DNA of 41,061 bases from Candidatus Iainarchaeum sp. (GTDB lineage Archaea; Iainarchaeota; Iainarchaeia; Iainarchaeales; Iainarchaeaceae): positions 1-41,061 of the forward strand of contig JAWANB010000002.1 of NCBI GenBank assembly GCA_038895675.1, given 5' to 3'. This document shows, piece by piece, positions 1 through 9,281 of this stretch. The notes beneath the pieces were generated by a model. The model was not told the origin of the DNA and did not search any database. It saw nothing but the letters and a program-made list of their open reading frames with translations. The stretch's first letter is position 1, and every line of letters starts with the position of its first letter. The translations under genes were made by a program, and so were the position numbers.

Positions 1-455
1 ATAGCTAATCTGGCTTTTCCTGTTTTTACATATTCTTCCATTAAGTTTGGTATTGGTGGTATCCAATTTGGATCTCTTTTTTTCATATAACCTACGTATT
101 CTTGTGCCATTCCTGAAGCAGCTGCACAAAAAGGGCAAGAAAAATCAGTAAAAATTACAATTGTTACTGGTGCATCAGATTTACCAATGACAGGCCCTTC
201 GTCAGCAAGACTTTTTAAATATGATTCAGCGTCTTTTATAATATCTTCGTTTCCGGTAGTTGTATTTTTTTCATTTATTTCTTGTGTCGTTTCTATTTTT
301 ATTTTTTCTATGTTTTTTGCTATTGTTGTTAATTTTCCTGTTATGTCATTGCCAAGCATTACTATTGGTGTTGCGATAATTAGCGCTGCTATGATTATTG
401 CTATTGGTGTGTAGTATTTTTCGGTTCTTTCTTCTTTTTTATGTTTTTCTTCCAA
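1..455 (-). CDS. Membrane-anchored DsbA/thioredoxin-fold thiol:disulfide oxidoreductase (3' end lies outside the window)
   Basis: My own minus-strand translation; the gene is absent from the ORF track because it runs off the window edge. It reads ...YYTPIAIIIAALIIATPIV (TM anchor) ... GKSDAPVTIVIFTDFSCPFCAAASGMAQEY, with a CPFC redox motif in the usual DsbA context. A probable TTG start at 455 sits about 8 nt after GGAGG, but the start is uncertain. Confidence 0.6.
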   Translation of the reverse strand, partial: MEEKHKKEERTEKYYTPIAIIIAALIIATPIVMLGNDITGKLTTIAKNIEKIKIETTQEINEKNTTTGNEDIIKDAESYLKSLADEGPVIGKSDAPVTIVIFTDFSCPFCAAASGMAQEYVGYMKKRDPNWIPPIPNLMEEYVKTGKARLA

Positions 456-740
456 ATCTATTCCTCCTTTGAAAATTTTGGAAATTGTTTTATTATTTTG
501 TTTTTAGAAAAATATTTAAAGTAGCTTATTTGTTTAGGTTTATGTTTTTGACAAGTCTTTTAAAGTCTTTTAATTTGTCTTGTCTTTGTAGAATTCCGCT
601 TTTTAGGCATTATTAGTCTTTCAATCCTTTTTTTGCCCTTGGTTTTAGAGTCGTTTTTCAAGTTTTTTTTGTTTGTTAGTATTGTTTTTGTTTTTTTTAA
701 GTCGTTTTTACAGAGTCTTTTGTTTTGCTTTAATTTGTTT

Positions 741-1538
741 TTATTTTTGTTCTTCTGTTTTTATTTTTGCTTTGGTTCCTAATTGTAATTCTGTTTCTCC
801 TCTGTTTTCTCTAACGTATGCATTTTCTATTATGATTTCTTTTCCTTCTCCTATTTTTTCTATTTCTTGTGTTTTTTCGTTCCATGCTATTGCTTTGATT
901 TCTTGGTCTTGTTGTGCTATTATGAATTTTAGTAATTCTCCTTTTCTGTCTTCTTTTTGGAATTCTCTTTTTTCTGTTATTTGTTTTATTTTTGCTTTTA
1001 TTTTCACGTTATTCATTCCTGCTTTCAAGTCGCTTATTTTTGTTTCTGTTTCTTTTTCTTCTCCTATTTTTTCTATTGTGCTGTTGTAGTTCATGTTTAT
1101 TTGTTTTTCTCCTTTGTATTCTGTGATTTTTATGTTTGTGAGTTTTATTATGTCTCCTTCTTTTAGTTTGTTGGTTTCGTATTTTTCTATTTCTTTGTTC
1201 CATAGTGTTAGTCTTGTTTGGCCTGTTTCGTCTTTCAGGTAAATGTTTTGTATTTTTCCTTTGTTTCCTTTTGTTTCAAATTCTTTTGGTTCAAATATTT
1301 TTGTGATAGTGGCTTTTAGGTCTATGTTTTTCATTCCTGTTTTTAGTTCTGTTATTTTTGGTGTTTCGTTTTCTTCCATGATTTTTACTTGTAGTTCTCT
1401 TGCTACTATTATTGCTGCTCCTGTTTCTGTTAGTAGTCCTGAAAACTTGTTTTTTTTTGTGTGAATTAGTTCAAGTATTTCTTCTTTGGTTTTTCCTGTT
1501 TTTGTTGCTATTTTGTTTATTATTTCTTCTGTTTCCAT
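741..1538 (-). CDS. Replication protein A / replication factor A-like ssDNA-binding protein (multiple OB folds)
   Basis: 265 aa. The N-terminal helical module (KEEILELIHTKKNKFSGLLTETGAAIIVARELQV) is typical of archaeal RPA. It is followed by repeated OB-like blocks (IYLKDETGQTRLTLWNKE; IIAQQDQEIKAIAWNEK). The gene is divergent from radA. Confidence 0.7.
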   Translation of the reverse strand: METEEIINKIATKTGKTKEEILELIHTKKNKFSGLLTETGAAIIVARELQVKIMEENETPKITELKTGMKNIDLKATITKIFEPKEFETKGNKGKIQNIYLKDETGQTRLTLWNKEIEKYETNKLKEGDIIKLTNIKITEYKGEKQINMNYNSTIEKIGEEKETETKISDLKAGMNNVKIKAKIKQITEKREFQKEDRKGELLKFIIAQQDQEIKAIAWNEKTQEIEKIGEGKEIIIENAYVRENRGETELQLGTKAKIKTEEQK

Positions 1539-1678
1539 TTTCTCACTTTTTTTTGCACTGGCATTTTGGTTGGTTACTTATTTAAGAATTTGGGCGTGGG
1601 TTTTTTATTAGCATAAGGCATTGAGCGGCCAAAGCCAATTGGCTAGTGCTTAGAAAGCCTTTTGTCGGAGGTTTTTTT

Positions 1679-2638
1679 ATGGCGAAAGATAAAGAAATAA
1701 AAGAAGTTGAGGATTTGCCCGGTGTAGGTCCTCAGGCTGCTGAAAAGCTTATTAATGCTGGTTATAAGACTCTTGAGTCTATTGCTGTTGCTTCTCCTCT
1801 TGAGTTAATGGAAATTGCTGGTTTGGGTGAGGGCACTGCTACTAAGGCTATTAATGCTGCGCGTGATGCTCTTGAAATGGGTTTTGAGTCTGCTGCGGAT
1901 ATTGCTGAGAAGCGTAAGCATGTTGGTAGGCTTACTACTGGTAGTAAGGAAGTTGATAATCTCTTGGGCGGTGGTATTGAGACTCAGAGCATTACTGAGA
2001 TTTATGGTAAATTTGCTAGTGGTAAAACTCAGTGGTGTTTTCAAACTGCTGTTACTGTTCAATTGCCTGTAGAAAAAGGCGGTCTTGATGGTGCTTGTCT
2101 TTACATTGATTCTGAGAATAGTTTTAGGCCTGAGAGAATTCAGGCTATTGCCGAGGCTCAGGGTCTTGATCCTGAAAAGGTTTTGCAGAACATTTTTGTT
2201 GCGAGAGCTTATAATAGTGATCATCAAATTTTGCTTGCTGAAAAGGCAAACGAGTTGATTAAGGAGAAGAACATCAAGTTGATTATTGTTGATTCTTTGA
2301 CTTCTCAGTTCAGGTCTGAGTTTGTTGGTAGAGGCACTCTTGCAGAGAGACAGCAAAAACTCAATAAGCATATGAGGACTTTGCAGAAGCTTGCTGAGAT
2401 GTATAATATTGTTGTTTTAGTGACTAATCAAGTTTTGGAAAGGCCTGATGTTTTGTTTGGCGATCCTACTGCTCCTATAGGTGGTAATATTGTGGGGCAC
2501 GCGAGCAAGACAAGGCTTTATTTGAGGAAAAGTAAGGATGATAAGAGAGTGGCAAAACTTGTTGATAGTCCTCATTTGCCTGATGGTGAGGCGATTTATA
2601 GGGTGACAGAGAGGGGCATTGAGGATGTAGAGGATTAA
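1679..2638 (+). CDS. radA: DNA repair and recombination protein RadA
   Basis: N-terminal HhH ([17 protein letters not shown]), Walker [10 protein letters not shown], Walker B LIIVDS, and a C-terminal [17 protein letters not shown]. The ATG at 1679 is preceded by GGAGGT; the track ORF starts at an upstream GTG (1646). Confidence 0.95.
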   Translation: MAKDKEIKEVEDLPGVGPQAAEKLINAGYKTLESIAVASPLELMEIAGLGEGTATKAINAARDALEMGFESAADIAEKRKHVGRLTTGSKEVDNLLGGGIETQSITEIYGKFASGKTQWCFQTAVTVQLPVEKGGLDGACLYIDSENSFRPERIQAIAEAQGLDPEKVLQNIFVARAYNSDHQILLAEKANELIKEKNIKLIIVDSLTSQFRSEFVGRGTLAERQQKLNKHMRTLQKLAEMYNIVVLVTNQVLERPDVLFGDPTAPIGGNIVGHASKTRLYLRKSKDDKRVAKLVDSPHLPDGEAIYRVTERGIEDVED

Positions 2639-2747
2639 ATCCTCTTTATTTTCTTTTTTTTAGGTTGTAGTTTTCGTTTTTGAGTTTACTTTGTTTGTTT
2701 TTTTGTACAAATAATCTTTTTATATGCTTGTTTATTCATATTTGAGC

Positions 2748-3542
2748 ATGAACAAGCAGAAAGTTTACAAGGGTATTTTGAAGGGTATTAGTGAAAAGGG
2801 TGCTTTGGTTTTTTTGGTTATTGATCCTCCTAACCAGAGTCCTTTGTTGGCTGGGAAAATTTCTAAGATTGCCGAGGAAGTCGGTGTTGATGCTGTTTGT
2901 GTTGGTGGTTCTGTTGGTGCGCAAGGTGAACTTTTGGATAGTACTATTCTTCAGATAAAGCAGAATTGCTCTTTGCCTGTTATTCTTTTTCCTGGTAATA
3001 TTGCAAGCATTAGTAAGCATGCTGATGCTATTTATTTTATGTACATGCTTAATAGTACTGATCCTTATTATATTTCTGGTGCTCAAATAGCTTCTGCTTA
3101 TCCTATTAAAAGAACAGGGCTTGAGGTTATTTCTACTTCTTATATTATTGTTGAGCCTGGCAGGGCTGTGGGTTGGGTTGGTAGGGCTCAGCCTATCCCT
3201 CGTGATTTGCCTTACTTGGCTGGGATTTCTGCTCTTGCTGGTCAATACATGGGTTCTCAGTTAGTTATTTTGGAGTCTGGTGGCGGTTCTGATTCTCCTG
3301 CTCCGCCGGAAATGATTTCTTATGCTAAAAGTCTTATTGAGGTGCCTTTGGTTGTTGCTGGTGGTGTTAGAGATGAGAAGCTTGCTTTTGAGTGTGTAAA
3401 GGCTGGTGCTGACATTGTTCATATAGGAACTGCTATTGAGGATCATTCTGATGACCTTTCTAAAGCCAAGTCGGTTTTGCAAAAAATAGTTGAGGCTGTA
3501 AGAAAAGCCGGTTTTGAAAAGCTTTCTAGTGCCAAGCGTTGA
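2748..3542 (+). CDS. Geranylgeranylglyceryl phosphate synthase (PcrB/GGGPS family)
   Basis: VIDPPNQ, VGGS, ILFPGN, YFMYMLNS.DPYYISGAQ, ESGGGS and VAGGVRD blocks are typical of GGGPS. The start could be 2724 or 2748. Confidence 0.8.
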   Translation: MNKQKVYKGILKGISEKGALVFLVIDPPNQSPLLAGKISKIAEEVGVDAVCVGGSVGAQGELLDSTILQIKQNCSLPVILFPGNIASISKHADAIYFMYMLNSTDPYYISGAQIASAYPIKRTGLEVISTSYIIVEPGRAVGWVGRAQPIPRDLPYLAGISALAGQYMGSQLVILESGGGSDSPAPPEMISYAKSLIEVPLVVAGGVRDEKLAFECVKAGADIVHIGTAIEDHSDDLSKAKSVLQKIVEAVRKAGFEKLSSAKR

Positions 3543-3543
3543 T

Positions 3544-4419
3544 TCAGATTTTTTTTGTTATTTTTATTAATTCTTTTATTGGGTCTTGTTCTGCTTTCCA
3601 GCCAATGCTTTCTATTTTTTGTGTTGAGTAGTTTCTTTCAGCTTGCATTCTTTGTATGTATGCTTTGTTTATGTCTTTTGATATTTTCAGTATTTGGTTT
3701 ATTTCTGCAATTGTCATTCCTAACCATAATGGTATTTTTTTTACTTTTTTCATTCCGAGTTCTTTTCTTATTGTGTTCACTAGTTCTTCTAATGTTATTT
3801 TTTTTGGATGTGCTATTATGAAAGTTTCTCCATAACAATTTTCATTGTTGCAACAAAACTCGAATGCTTTTGCCGTGTCTTTTGCTGTTATCATTTGCCA
3901 AATGTTTTTGCCTTGTCCTACTATTGGGTAATTTTTTTTTATTTTTTCTATTATTTTTTTCCAGTATTCATTTTCTCCTACTATGATTGCTGGTCTCAAT
4001 ATTGTTATGTGAAACAATTCTTGTCTTTCTTGGACTTTTTTTTCTGCTTCGTACTTGCTTTTTTCATACTTTGTTTCTGGTTTTGGTTGTGTTGTTTCAT
4101 CTTTTAGTCCTGGTTGTAATCCGTAGACTCCTGCTGTGCTTGCGTATATGAATTGGTCTATTTTTGCTTCTTCTGCTGCTTCTAAGCAGTTTTCTGTTCC
4201 TTTGACGTTTATTTCCCAAAGGTCGTTGGCATTTTCGTTTAGTTGTGCTGCCAAGTGAATTACTATTTTGCATCCTTTGAATGCTTTTTTTAGGTTTTCT
4301 TTGTCCATTATATTGTTTTTTTCTTTTGTGCATTCTACTATTTCGTGTCCTTTTTCTTGTAAGTTTTTTGTTAGTATTTTTCCTATCATGCCGTTGCTTC
4401 CTGTTATTGCTATTCTCAT
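3544..4419 (-). CDS. NAD-dependent epimerase/dehydratase (SDR family)
   Basis: N-terminal Rossmann motif ITGSNGMIGKIL and catalytic YxxxK (YEKSK). Confidence 0.8.
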   Translation of the reverse strand: MRIAITGSNGMIGKILTKNLQEKGHEIVECTKEKNNIMDKENLKKAFKGCKIVIHLAAQLNENANDLWEINVKGTENCLEAAEEAKIDQFIYASTAGVYGLQPGLKDETTQPKPETKYEKSKYEAEKKVQERQELFHITILRPAIIVGENEYWKKIIEKIKKNYPIVGQGKNIWQMITAKDTAKAFEFCCNNENCYGETFIIAHPKKITLEELVNTIRKELGMKKVKKIPLWLGMTIAEINQILKISKDINKAYIQRMQAERNYSTQKIESIGWKAEQDPIKELIKITKKI

Positions 4420-5480
4420 TTTTTCACCATTTCAAAAACCATGTCTTTGCCAAGCCATTTAAAGTCTTTTAGTCTTGCTTTTATTTCTTTTTTTGTTTTG
4501 AATGCTTTTAGTCCTTTTCGGACTTTTTTTTGTGATATTATAATATACATTTTGTCAAATAGTTTTTCTTCTATTAGTGTGCTTGCTAATTTTTGCCCTG
4601 GTTCTATTAGTGCTGAGCATATTCCTATTTCGTATAATTTTTTTTTCAACCATTTTATGTCTATTTTTCCTTTTTTTTCTTTTGCAATAATTATTTTTGC
4701 TCCTGCTTTGATTAGTCGTAAGATTTTTTTGTGTTTTGCTTTTTTTGTTGTGACTATTATTGTTGTGCCTTTTTGTTTTAAAGTTTGTGCTTTTATTGGT
4801 GTTCTTGCTTTTGTATCTAGTATTATTCTTATCGGGTTTTCTTTTTGGTTTTTTTTGTATGTTAGTTTTGGGTTGTCTTTTATTATTGTGTTTACTCCTA
4901 CTATTATTGCGTCGTGTATTTTTCTTAGTTTTTGTGTGAATTCGTTGGCTTTTTTTCCTGTGATTTTTTTCTTTTTTTTGTCCCCCCATGTTATGTAAAA
5001 GTCTTTTGTCGTGGCTATTTTTAGTGTGAAAAAGCATTCTTTGTCTTTTATGTTTTTTATAAAAACTTCGTTTAGTTCTTCAGCTTCTTTTGTGCAGGGT
5101 CCTAAATTAGTTTTTATGCCGTGTTTTTTTAGTTCTTTTGCTCCTTGTTTTGATTTTTTGTTCGGGTCTTTCATTGCATAGTAGACTTCTTTTATTCCTG
5201 CTTTTATTATTGCTTTTGTGCAGGGTGGTTGTTTTCCATAATGGTTGCATGGCTCTAACGTTACAAACATTGTTGAATTTTTTGCTTTTTTTCCTGCTTT
5301 TTTTATTGCTTCTGCTTCCGCGTGTTCTTTTCCGTATTTTTTGTGCCATCCTCTACTTATTATTTTGTTGTTTTTTACTATTATTGCTCCAACCATTGGG
5401 TTTGGGTTTGTTTTTCCTAAACTTTTTTTTGCTATTTTGAGTGCTATTTTCATGAACTTTTCTTTTATTTTTTTGTCCAT
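4416..5480 (-). CDS. ribD: Riboflavin biosynthesis protein RibD (pyrimidine deaminase plus reductase)
   Basis: Deaminase zinc motifs HAEAEAI and PCNHYGKQPPC, followed by a C-terminal RibD_C-like reductase half. There is a 4-nt overlap with the downstream epimerase gene. Confidence 0.85.
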   Translation of the reverse strand: MDKKIKEKFMKIALKIAKKSLGKTNPNPMVGAIIVKNNKIISRGWHKKYGKEHAEAEAIKKAGKKAKNSTMFVTLEPCNHYGKQPPCTKAIIKAGIKEVYYAMKDPNKKSKQGAKELKKHGIKTNLGPCTKEAEELNEVFIKNIKDKECFFTLKIATTKDFYITWGDKKKKKITGKKANEFTQKLRKIHDAIIVGVNTIIKDNPKLTYKKNQKENPIRIILDTKARTPIKAQTLKQKGTTIIVTTKKAKHKKILRLIKAGAKIIIAKEKKGKIDIKWLKKKLYEIGICSALIEPGQKLASTLIEEKLFDKMYIIISQKKVRKGLKAFKTKKEIKARLKDFKWLGKDMVFEMVKK

Positions 5481-5510
5481 GCTTTTTCCTTTTTTTTTGT
5501 TGGTGCTTTT

Positions 5511-6305
5511 TTATATTATTGGCATTGTTAGTGCTATTATTGTTCCTATGAATATGAATGGTCCGAATTTTGGCAGGTCTCTATAAACTAGTATTTTTTT
5601 TATTCCTATTTTTTCTAGTTCTTTTATTTCTTTTGGTTGCATTACTTCTTTTAGTAGGTTTTTTGTTTTGTCCATTGTTTTTTTATCTATGAATTCTTTT
5701 GCTATTATTTCGTCTTCTTCTGCTTCACTTGTTTTTATTTCTTTGAGGAAAAATTCTTTTTTTATTCCTTTTTCTAGTGCTATGTAAATACAGCCTAAAA
5801 TTAGTGGTATGTAAGTAATTTGTGCTATTGTTTTTATCGTGTTGTTAGTTGGTGTTATTAGTGCTATTATAGTATATGCTGTTATTAGTGTTCCTAATAT
5901 AATTGCTTTTTTTATGTTGTCTTTGTTTATTTCTATTTCTATTCTTTTTTGTGCGTATTTTATGGTATAGTATGTTGATACGTATGTTATTGCTGTGATT
6001 GTTGCGAATAGTATTGAGTTTATTATGAAACTATTGTTTTCGCTTGGCATTATCATTGCTATTCCTGTGTATAGGTTTACGTCTCCTCCTCCTATTTTAC
6101 CTGTTTTGTAAAGTAAGTAACCTATTACGTAAATTATTATTGGTAGTAAAAAAGCGTAGTAATTGTTTTCTATTATGTTTAGTATTGCTCCTATTAGAAT
6201 TAGTGGTTTTGTTATTGTGTCGTATATGTATCCTGTTTTATAGTCAGTGTATGCTGCTATTCCTGTTGCTGTTATTAGTGTTATTGTTCTTATTGTTTCT
6301 ATCAA
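5511..6305 (-). CDS. A24-family prepilin/preflagellin (class III signal) peptidase
   Basis: Polytopic membrane protein carrying the two aspartyl motifs (AAYTDYKTGYIYD and GKIGGGDVNLY), plus a C-terminal soluble extension. Confidence 0.7.
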   Translation of the reverse strand: MIETIRTITLITATGIAAYTDYKTGYIYDTITKPLILIGAILNIIENNYYAFLLPIIIYVIGYLLYKTGKIGGGDVNLYTGIAMIMPSENNSFIINSILFATITAITYVSTYYTIKYAQKRIEIEINKDNIKKAIILGTLITAYTIIALITPTNNTIKTIAQITYIPLILGCIYIALEKGIKKEFFLKEIKTSEAEEDEIIAKEFIDKKTMDKTKNLLKEVMQPKEIKELEKIGIKKILVYRDLPKFGPFIFIGTIIALTMPII

Positions 6306-6309
6306 TTTT

Positions 6310-7656
6310 TCACCTTAATTTGAATTTTTTCTTTTTTTTCATTGCTCCTAACACTTTTTTTTGTAGTGCTTCTAAGTTGTTTTCTCTTATATTTTCTTGG
6401 CTTGTTGCTTTTGTTAGTTCTTTGTACATTTTTTTCATTTTTTTGAAGTTTGATAGTAGTTCTCTTACACTTTCTTGTGTTTTGCCTGAGCCTTTTGCTA
6501 TTCTCGCTATTCTTGATTTGTTTAGCATTTCTGCGTGTTGTCTTTCGTATGGTGTCATTGAGTCTATTATGTTTCCGTAATCTCTTAGTTTTTTTTCTCC
6601 TATTTCTGCTATTTCTTTTGGTATGCTTCTGCTTAGACCCATTAGTTCCATGATTTTTGTTAGTGGTCCTATTTTTTTTGTGGCTTTTAGTTGTGTGTAA
6701 AAAGTTTGTAGTGTAAAGTCATTTTGTGTCATGTTTATTTCTTCTATTTCTTCTTGTATTTCTGTTGCTTTTTCTATTAGGGTTTGTAGGTCTCCGTAGC
6801 CCATTATTCTGCTTAGGTATCTTGTTGAGTCAAATTCTTGAATGTCGTCTATTTTTTCTCCTGTGCCTATAAAGTAGACTTTTGCTCCTGTTGCTTTGCA
6901 TGCTGCGAGTGCTCCTCCTCCTTTTGCGCTTCCGTCTGTTCGTGTTAGTATTACTCCGTTTATTCCTATTGCTTCGTGAAATGCTTGTGCTTGTTTTTTT
7001 GCTAATTGTCCTATGTCTGCTCCTATCACTAACCACTTGTGTTCTGCTTGGAATTCGTTGTTTATTTCTTTTATTTCTTTTATTAGTTCTTCGTCTAAGG
7101 CGCTTCTTCCAGCGGAGTCGCATATTATGAGGTCGCAGTCTTTTAGTTTTTGTAGTCCTTCTTTAATTATTTTTTTTGGGTCTTTTTCTTTTTCGTTTCC
7201 GTAAAATTCTGCTTTTGCGTTTTTTGCTATTGTTCTAAGTTGTTCTGTTGCTGCTGGCCTGAAAACGTCTGCTGCTATTAATCCTGTTTTTTTGCCTCTT
7301 TTTTGGTACCATTTTGCGAGTTTTCCTGCTGTTGTTGTTTTGCCGTTTCCAAAAAGACCTACTAACAATATTTTTTTTGGGTCTTCTGGCGGGCTCGTTT
7401 TTTCTCCTAATATTTCAACTAATTTTTCGTAAGTGGTTTTTATTACGTGTTCTTTCCTGTTAATGTTTTCCGGCAGGTCTTTAAAGGCTTCTTGTTCTAT
7501 TTCTTTGCTTAGTTTTATTACTAATGCAATTTCAACGTCGGCTGAGATTAGTGCTCTTTGTATTTGTTTTATTGTTTCTTTTACTGTTTCTTTGTCTATT
7601 TTGCTTGAGTTTCTTAGTTTTTCTAGTGCGTTTCTTAACGATTCTCCTAAGTCCAT
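6310..7656 (-). CDS. srp54: Signal recognition particle protein SRP54
   Basis: GTPase motifs GLFGNGKTTTAGKLA, DVFRPAA, DSAGR and TRTDG, plus a Met-rich M domain. Confidence 0.95.
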   Translation of the reverse strand: MDLGESLRNALEKLRNSSKIDKETVKETIKQIQRALISADVEIALVIKLSKEIEQEAFKDLPENINRKEHVIKTTYEKLVEILGEKTSPPEDPKKILLVGLFGNGKTTTAGKLAKWYQKRGKKTGLIAADVFRPAATEQLRTIAKNAKAEFYGNEKEKDPKKIIKEGLQKLKDCDLIICDSAGRSALDEELIKEIKEINNEFQAEHKWLVIGADIGQLAKKQAQAFHEAIGINGVILTRTDGSAKGGGALAACKATGAKVYFIGTGEKIDDIQEFDSTRYLSRIMGYGDLQTLIEKATEIQEEIEEINMTQNDFTLQTFYTQLKATKKIGPLTKIMELMGLSRSIPKEIAEIGEKKLRDYGNIIDSMTPYERQHAEMLNKSRIARIAKGSGKTQESVRELLSNFKKMKKMYKELTKATSQENIRENNLEALQKKVLGAMKKKKKFKLR

Positions 7657-7911
7657 ACTTTTTTTTTGTTGTTAAGTAATTAAAATTGGTTGTGTTGTTT
7701 TTGTTTTTTTAGAAATTGTTTTTTTTGTTATTTTTTTTAGTTGTTTTATAAGTTTTTTTTTGTGTTGCTTTCCACTAATTTTTTTTGCTTTTTTTTTAAG
7801 TGCCGTAGTTTTTTTTATTAGTTGTTTTCAGTTTTGCCTATTTTACTCTAATCAGAATTGTTTTGTTTGTTTGAATTAGTTTTTTCGGGGAATTTGTTTC
7901 CCCGATTGTTT

Positions 7912-8100
7912 TTAGGCTTTTATTGTTTCTGTTATTTCTTCTTTTTTCTTTGATCTGAAATTAGCGTATGGTCTGTACTTTGTTTTTGTCCATGCTTCTG
8001 GTTGCTTTTTTCTCATTCTGAATTCTGCTTTCAAGAGTTTTTGTCTGAATTCTTCAGTAGCTTCTATTCCAAGTAGTTCGCTTAGGTCAACCATGTTCAT
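7912..8100 (-). CDS. Small basic hypothetical protein, translationally coupled to the TRAM gene
   Basis: 62 aa ORF whose ATG overlaps the TRAM gene stop (ATGA, 8097-8100). I recognise no family motif. Confidence 0.45.
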   Translation of the reverse strand: MNMVDLSELLGIEATEEFRQKLLKAEFRMRKKQPEAWTKTKYRPYANFRSKKKEEITETIKA

Positions 8101-8360
8101 CCCTCCGTTTGTTCTGTGCTTTGTTCGTTTTCTTTTTTTGAAATAACCTCGCCAAAGCTTACTTTTCCTCTCACTGCTTTTATTTTGATTTTGACGTTAT
8201 CGCCTTTTTGTACTCCTGGCACTATTATAACATAACCTTGGACTTTTGCGATTCCGTCTCCTTTTTCTCCAATACCTTCTATTGTGACATCGTATTCGTC
8301 ACCTTCTTTTACTGGTATTGGGCCATGCCTTGGTTTTCCTCTATTTTCTTTGTAATTCAT
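8097..8360 (-). CDS. TRAM domain RNA-binding protein
   Basis: The core EYDVTIEGIGEKGDGIAKVQGYVIIVPGVQKGDNVKIKIKAVRGKVSFGEVI is a typical archaeal stand-alone TRAM domain. The ATG at 8360 is preceded by GGAGGT; the track ORF extends to 8405. Confidence 0.8.
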   Translation of the reverse strand: MNYKENRGKPRHGPIPVKEGDEYDVTIEGIGEKGDGIAKVQGYVIIVPGVQKGDNVKIKIKAVRGKVSFGEVISKKENEQSTEQTEG

Positions 8361-8620
8361 TATATGCAACCTCCATTCTGGTGAGTAGGAAGCAAATTTC
8401 AGCAAATAAAAGCGAAACGCTCGTAGAAGCTGTTATTTGCTTTAATCCAACCCCTATTATTATGCTGCTTAGGAAATATTTAAAGCATTCTATTCTAACT
8501 CTCTAACAAAACGCTTTATTGCGTTTATTTTGGCTTTTTTGTTGTTATTTTTTGTTTAATTTTGAAATAACTGGTTTATATGTCTTTTTTTTGTTTTTCG
8601 GGTTTTTTAAATCTTTTATG

Positions 8621-9154
8621 TTAAAATAGCCTTAATCTTCTTTTTGCCTTTCTAATTTTGTTAATTGCTTTTAGCCATGCTAATTTTAATTTTTCTTTCA
8701 TTGTCAGTCTTGGTCTTTTATTCGTAATTTTTGTGTATATTTCGACTTCTATTCCATCTATTATTCTATTAATTTCTTCATAATGTCTCATTATTTCTTT
8801 TTTTGTTTCTTTTTCGTTGATGTTGTTTTTTAATCTTTGTATAAATTCTCTTGTGTTTTCGTTTTGGTCTTTTTTTTTGTCGGTGTTTTGTTTTGGTTTT
8901 GTGTTGTTTTGTTCTTTTTGGAATAATTGTATTATTTGGGCTATTTCTTCGGCTTGTTGTTCTGTTAGGTTTTCTCTTTTTGGAAAATCTGTTTGTTGGT
9001 TTCCTGGTTGTTTTACTAGGATTTCATAGTATTTATTTCTTGCTTCTATTAACTTTTTGTATTTGTTTTTTAAAAGTCTTTCTGCCAGCGAGCCTTTTTC
9101 TTTTGTTAGCAATTGTTTTATTTGTGATATGTTCATTTTTTCACTTTGTCTCAA
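8621..9154 (-). CDS. Hypothetical K/E-rich coiled-coil protein
   Basis: 177 aa ORF with composition typical of local minus-strand genes. No motif recognised. Confidence 0.45.
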   Translation of the reverse strand: MRQSEKMNISQIKQLLTKEKGSLAERLLKNKYKKLIEARNKYYEILVKQPGNQQTDFPKRENLTEQQAEEIAQIIQLFQKEQNNTKPKQNTDKKKDQNENTREFIQRLKNNINEKETKKEIMRHYEEINRIIDGIEVEIYTKITNKRPRLTMKEKLKLAWLKAINKIRKAKRRLRLF

Positions 9155-9281
9155 TAGGATAAAGCAGTCGTATTATTTATTTTTTTTTGTTTTTCAGTCC
9201 TTTTTGTTATTTTTTGTTATTATTGTTTTTTTTCTTGTTGTTTGTAGTTTTTGTTAAGTCCTCAAGGTTTATATATTAAAA

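Noticed and set aside
673-1089. F/L/S/C-rich + strand ORFs from the track. Examples are 187-414, 673-1089, 1243-1464, 3808-4107, 4441-4998, 6044-6580, 13807-14217, 18725-19057, 19058-19438, 20142-20486, 20757-21179, 21293-21778 and 35253-35939.
   Set aside because: They lie antisense to well-supported minus-strand genes. Their low-complexity composition (F, L, S, C, V) is what a T-rich strand gives in any frame. They are shadow ORFs, not genes.
1553-1567. A 13-nt word TTGCACTGGCATT shared between the rpa-radA spacer and the dedA downstream region (about 28760). Also CTCTCTAAC shared between about 8490 and about 28778.
   Set aside because: Repeats of this length are expected many times by chance in 41 kb of biased composition. 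I see no consistent positional relationship to genes.
1634-1643. A perfect 10-bp palindrome GCCAATTGGC upstream of radA, considered as a possible operator.
   Set aside because: It is a single short palindrome, is not repeated elsewhere in the window, and has no associated regulator. The evidence is insufficient.
7885-7905. A 7-bp stem hairpin (TCGGGGA-ATTTGTT-TCCCCGA) just downstream of the 7912-8100 gene, considered as a terminator.
   Set aside because: On the transcribed (minus) strand the hairpin is followed by an A-run, not the oligo-U tract used for archaeal termination. It may be structural, but I cannot support a terminator call.
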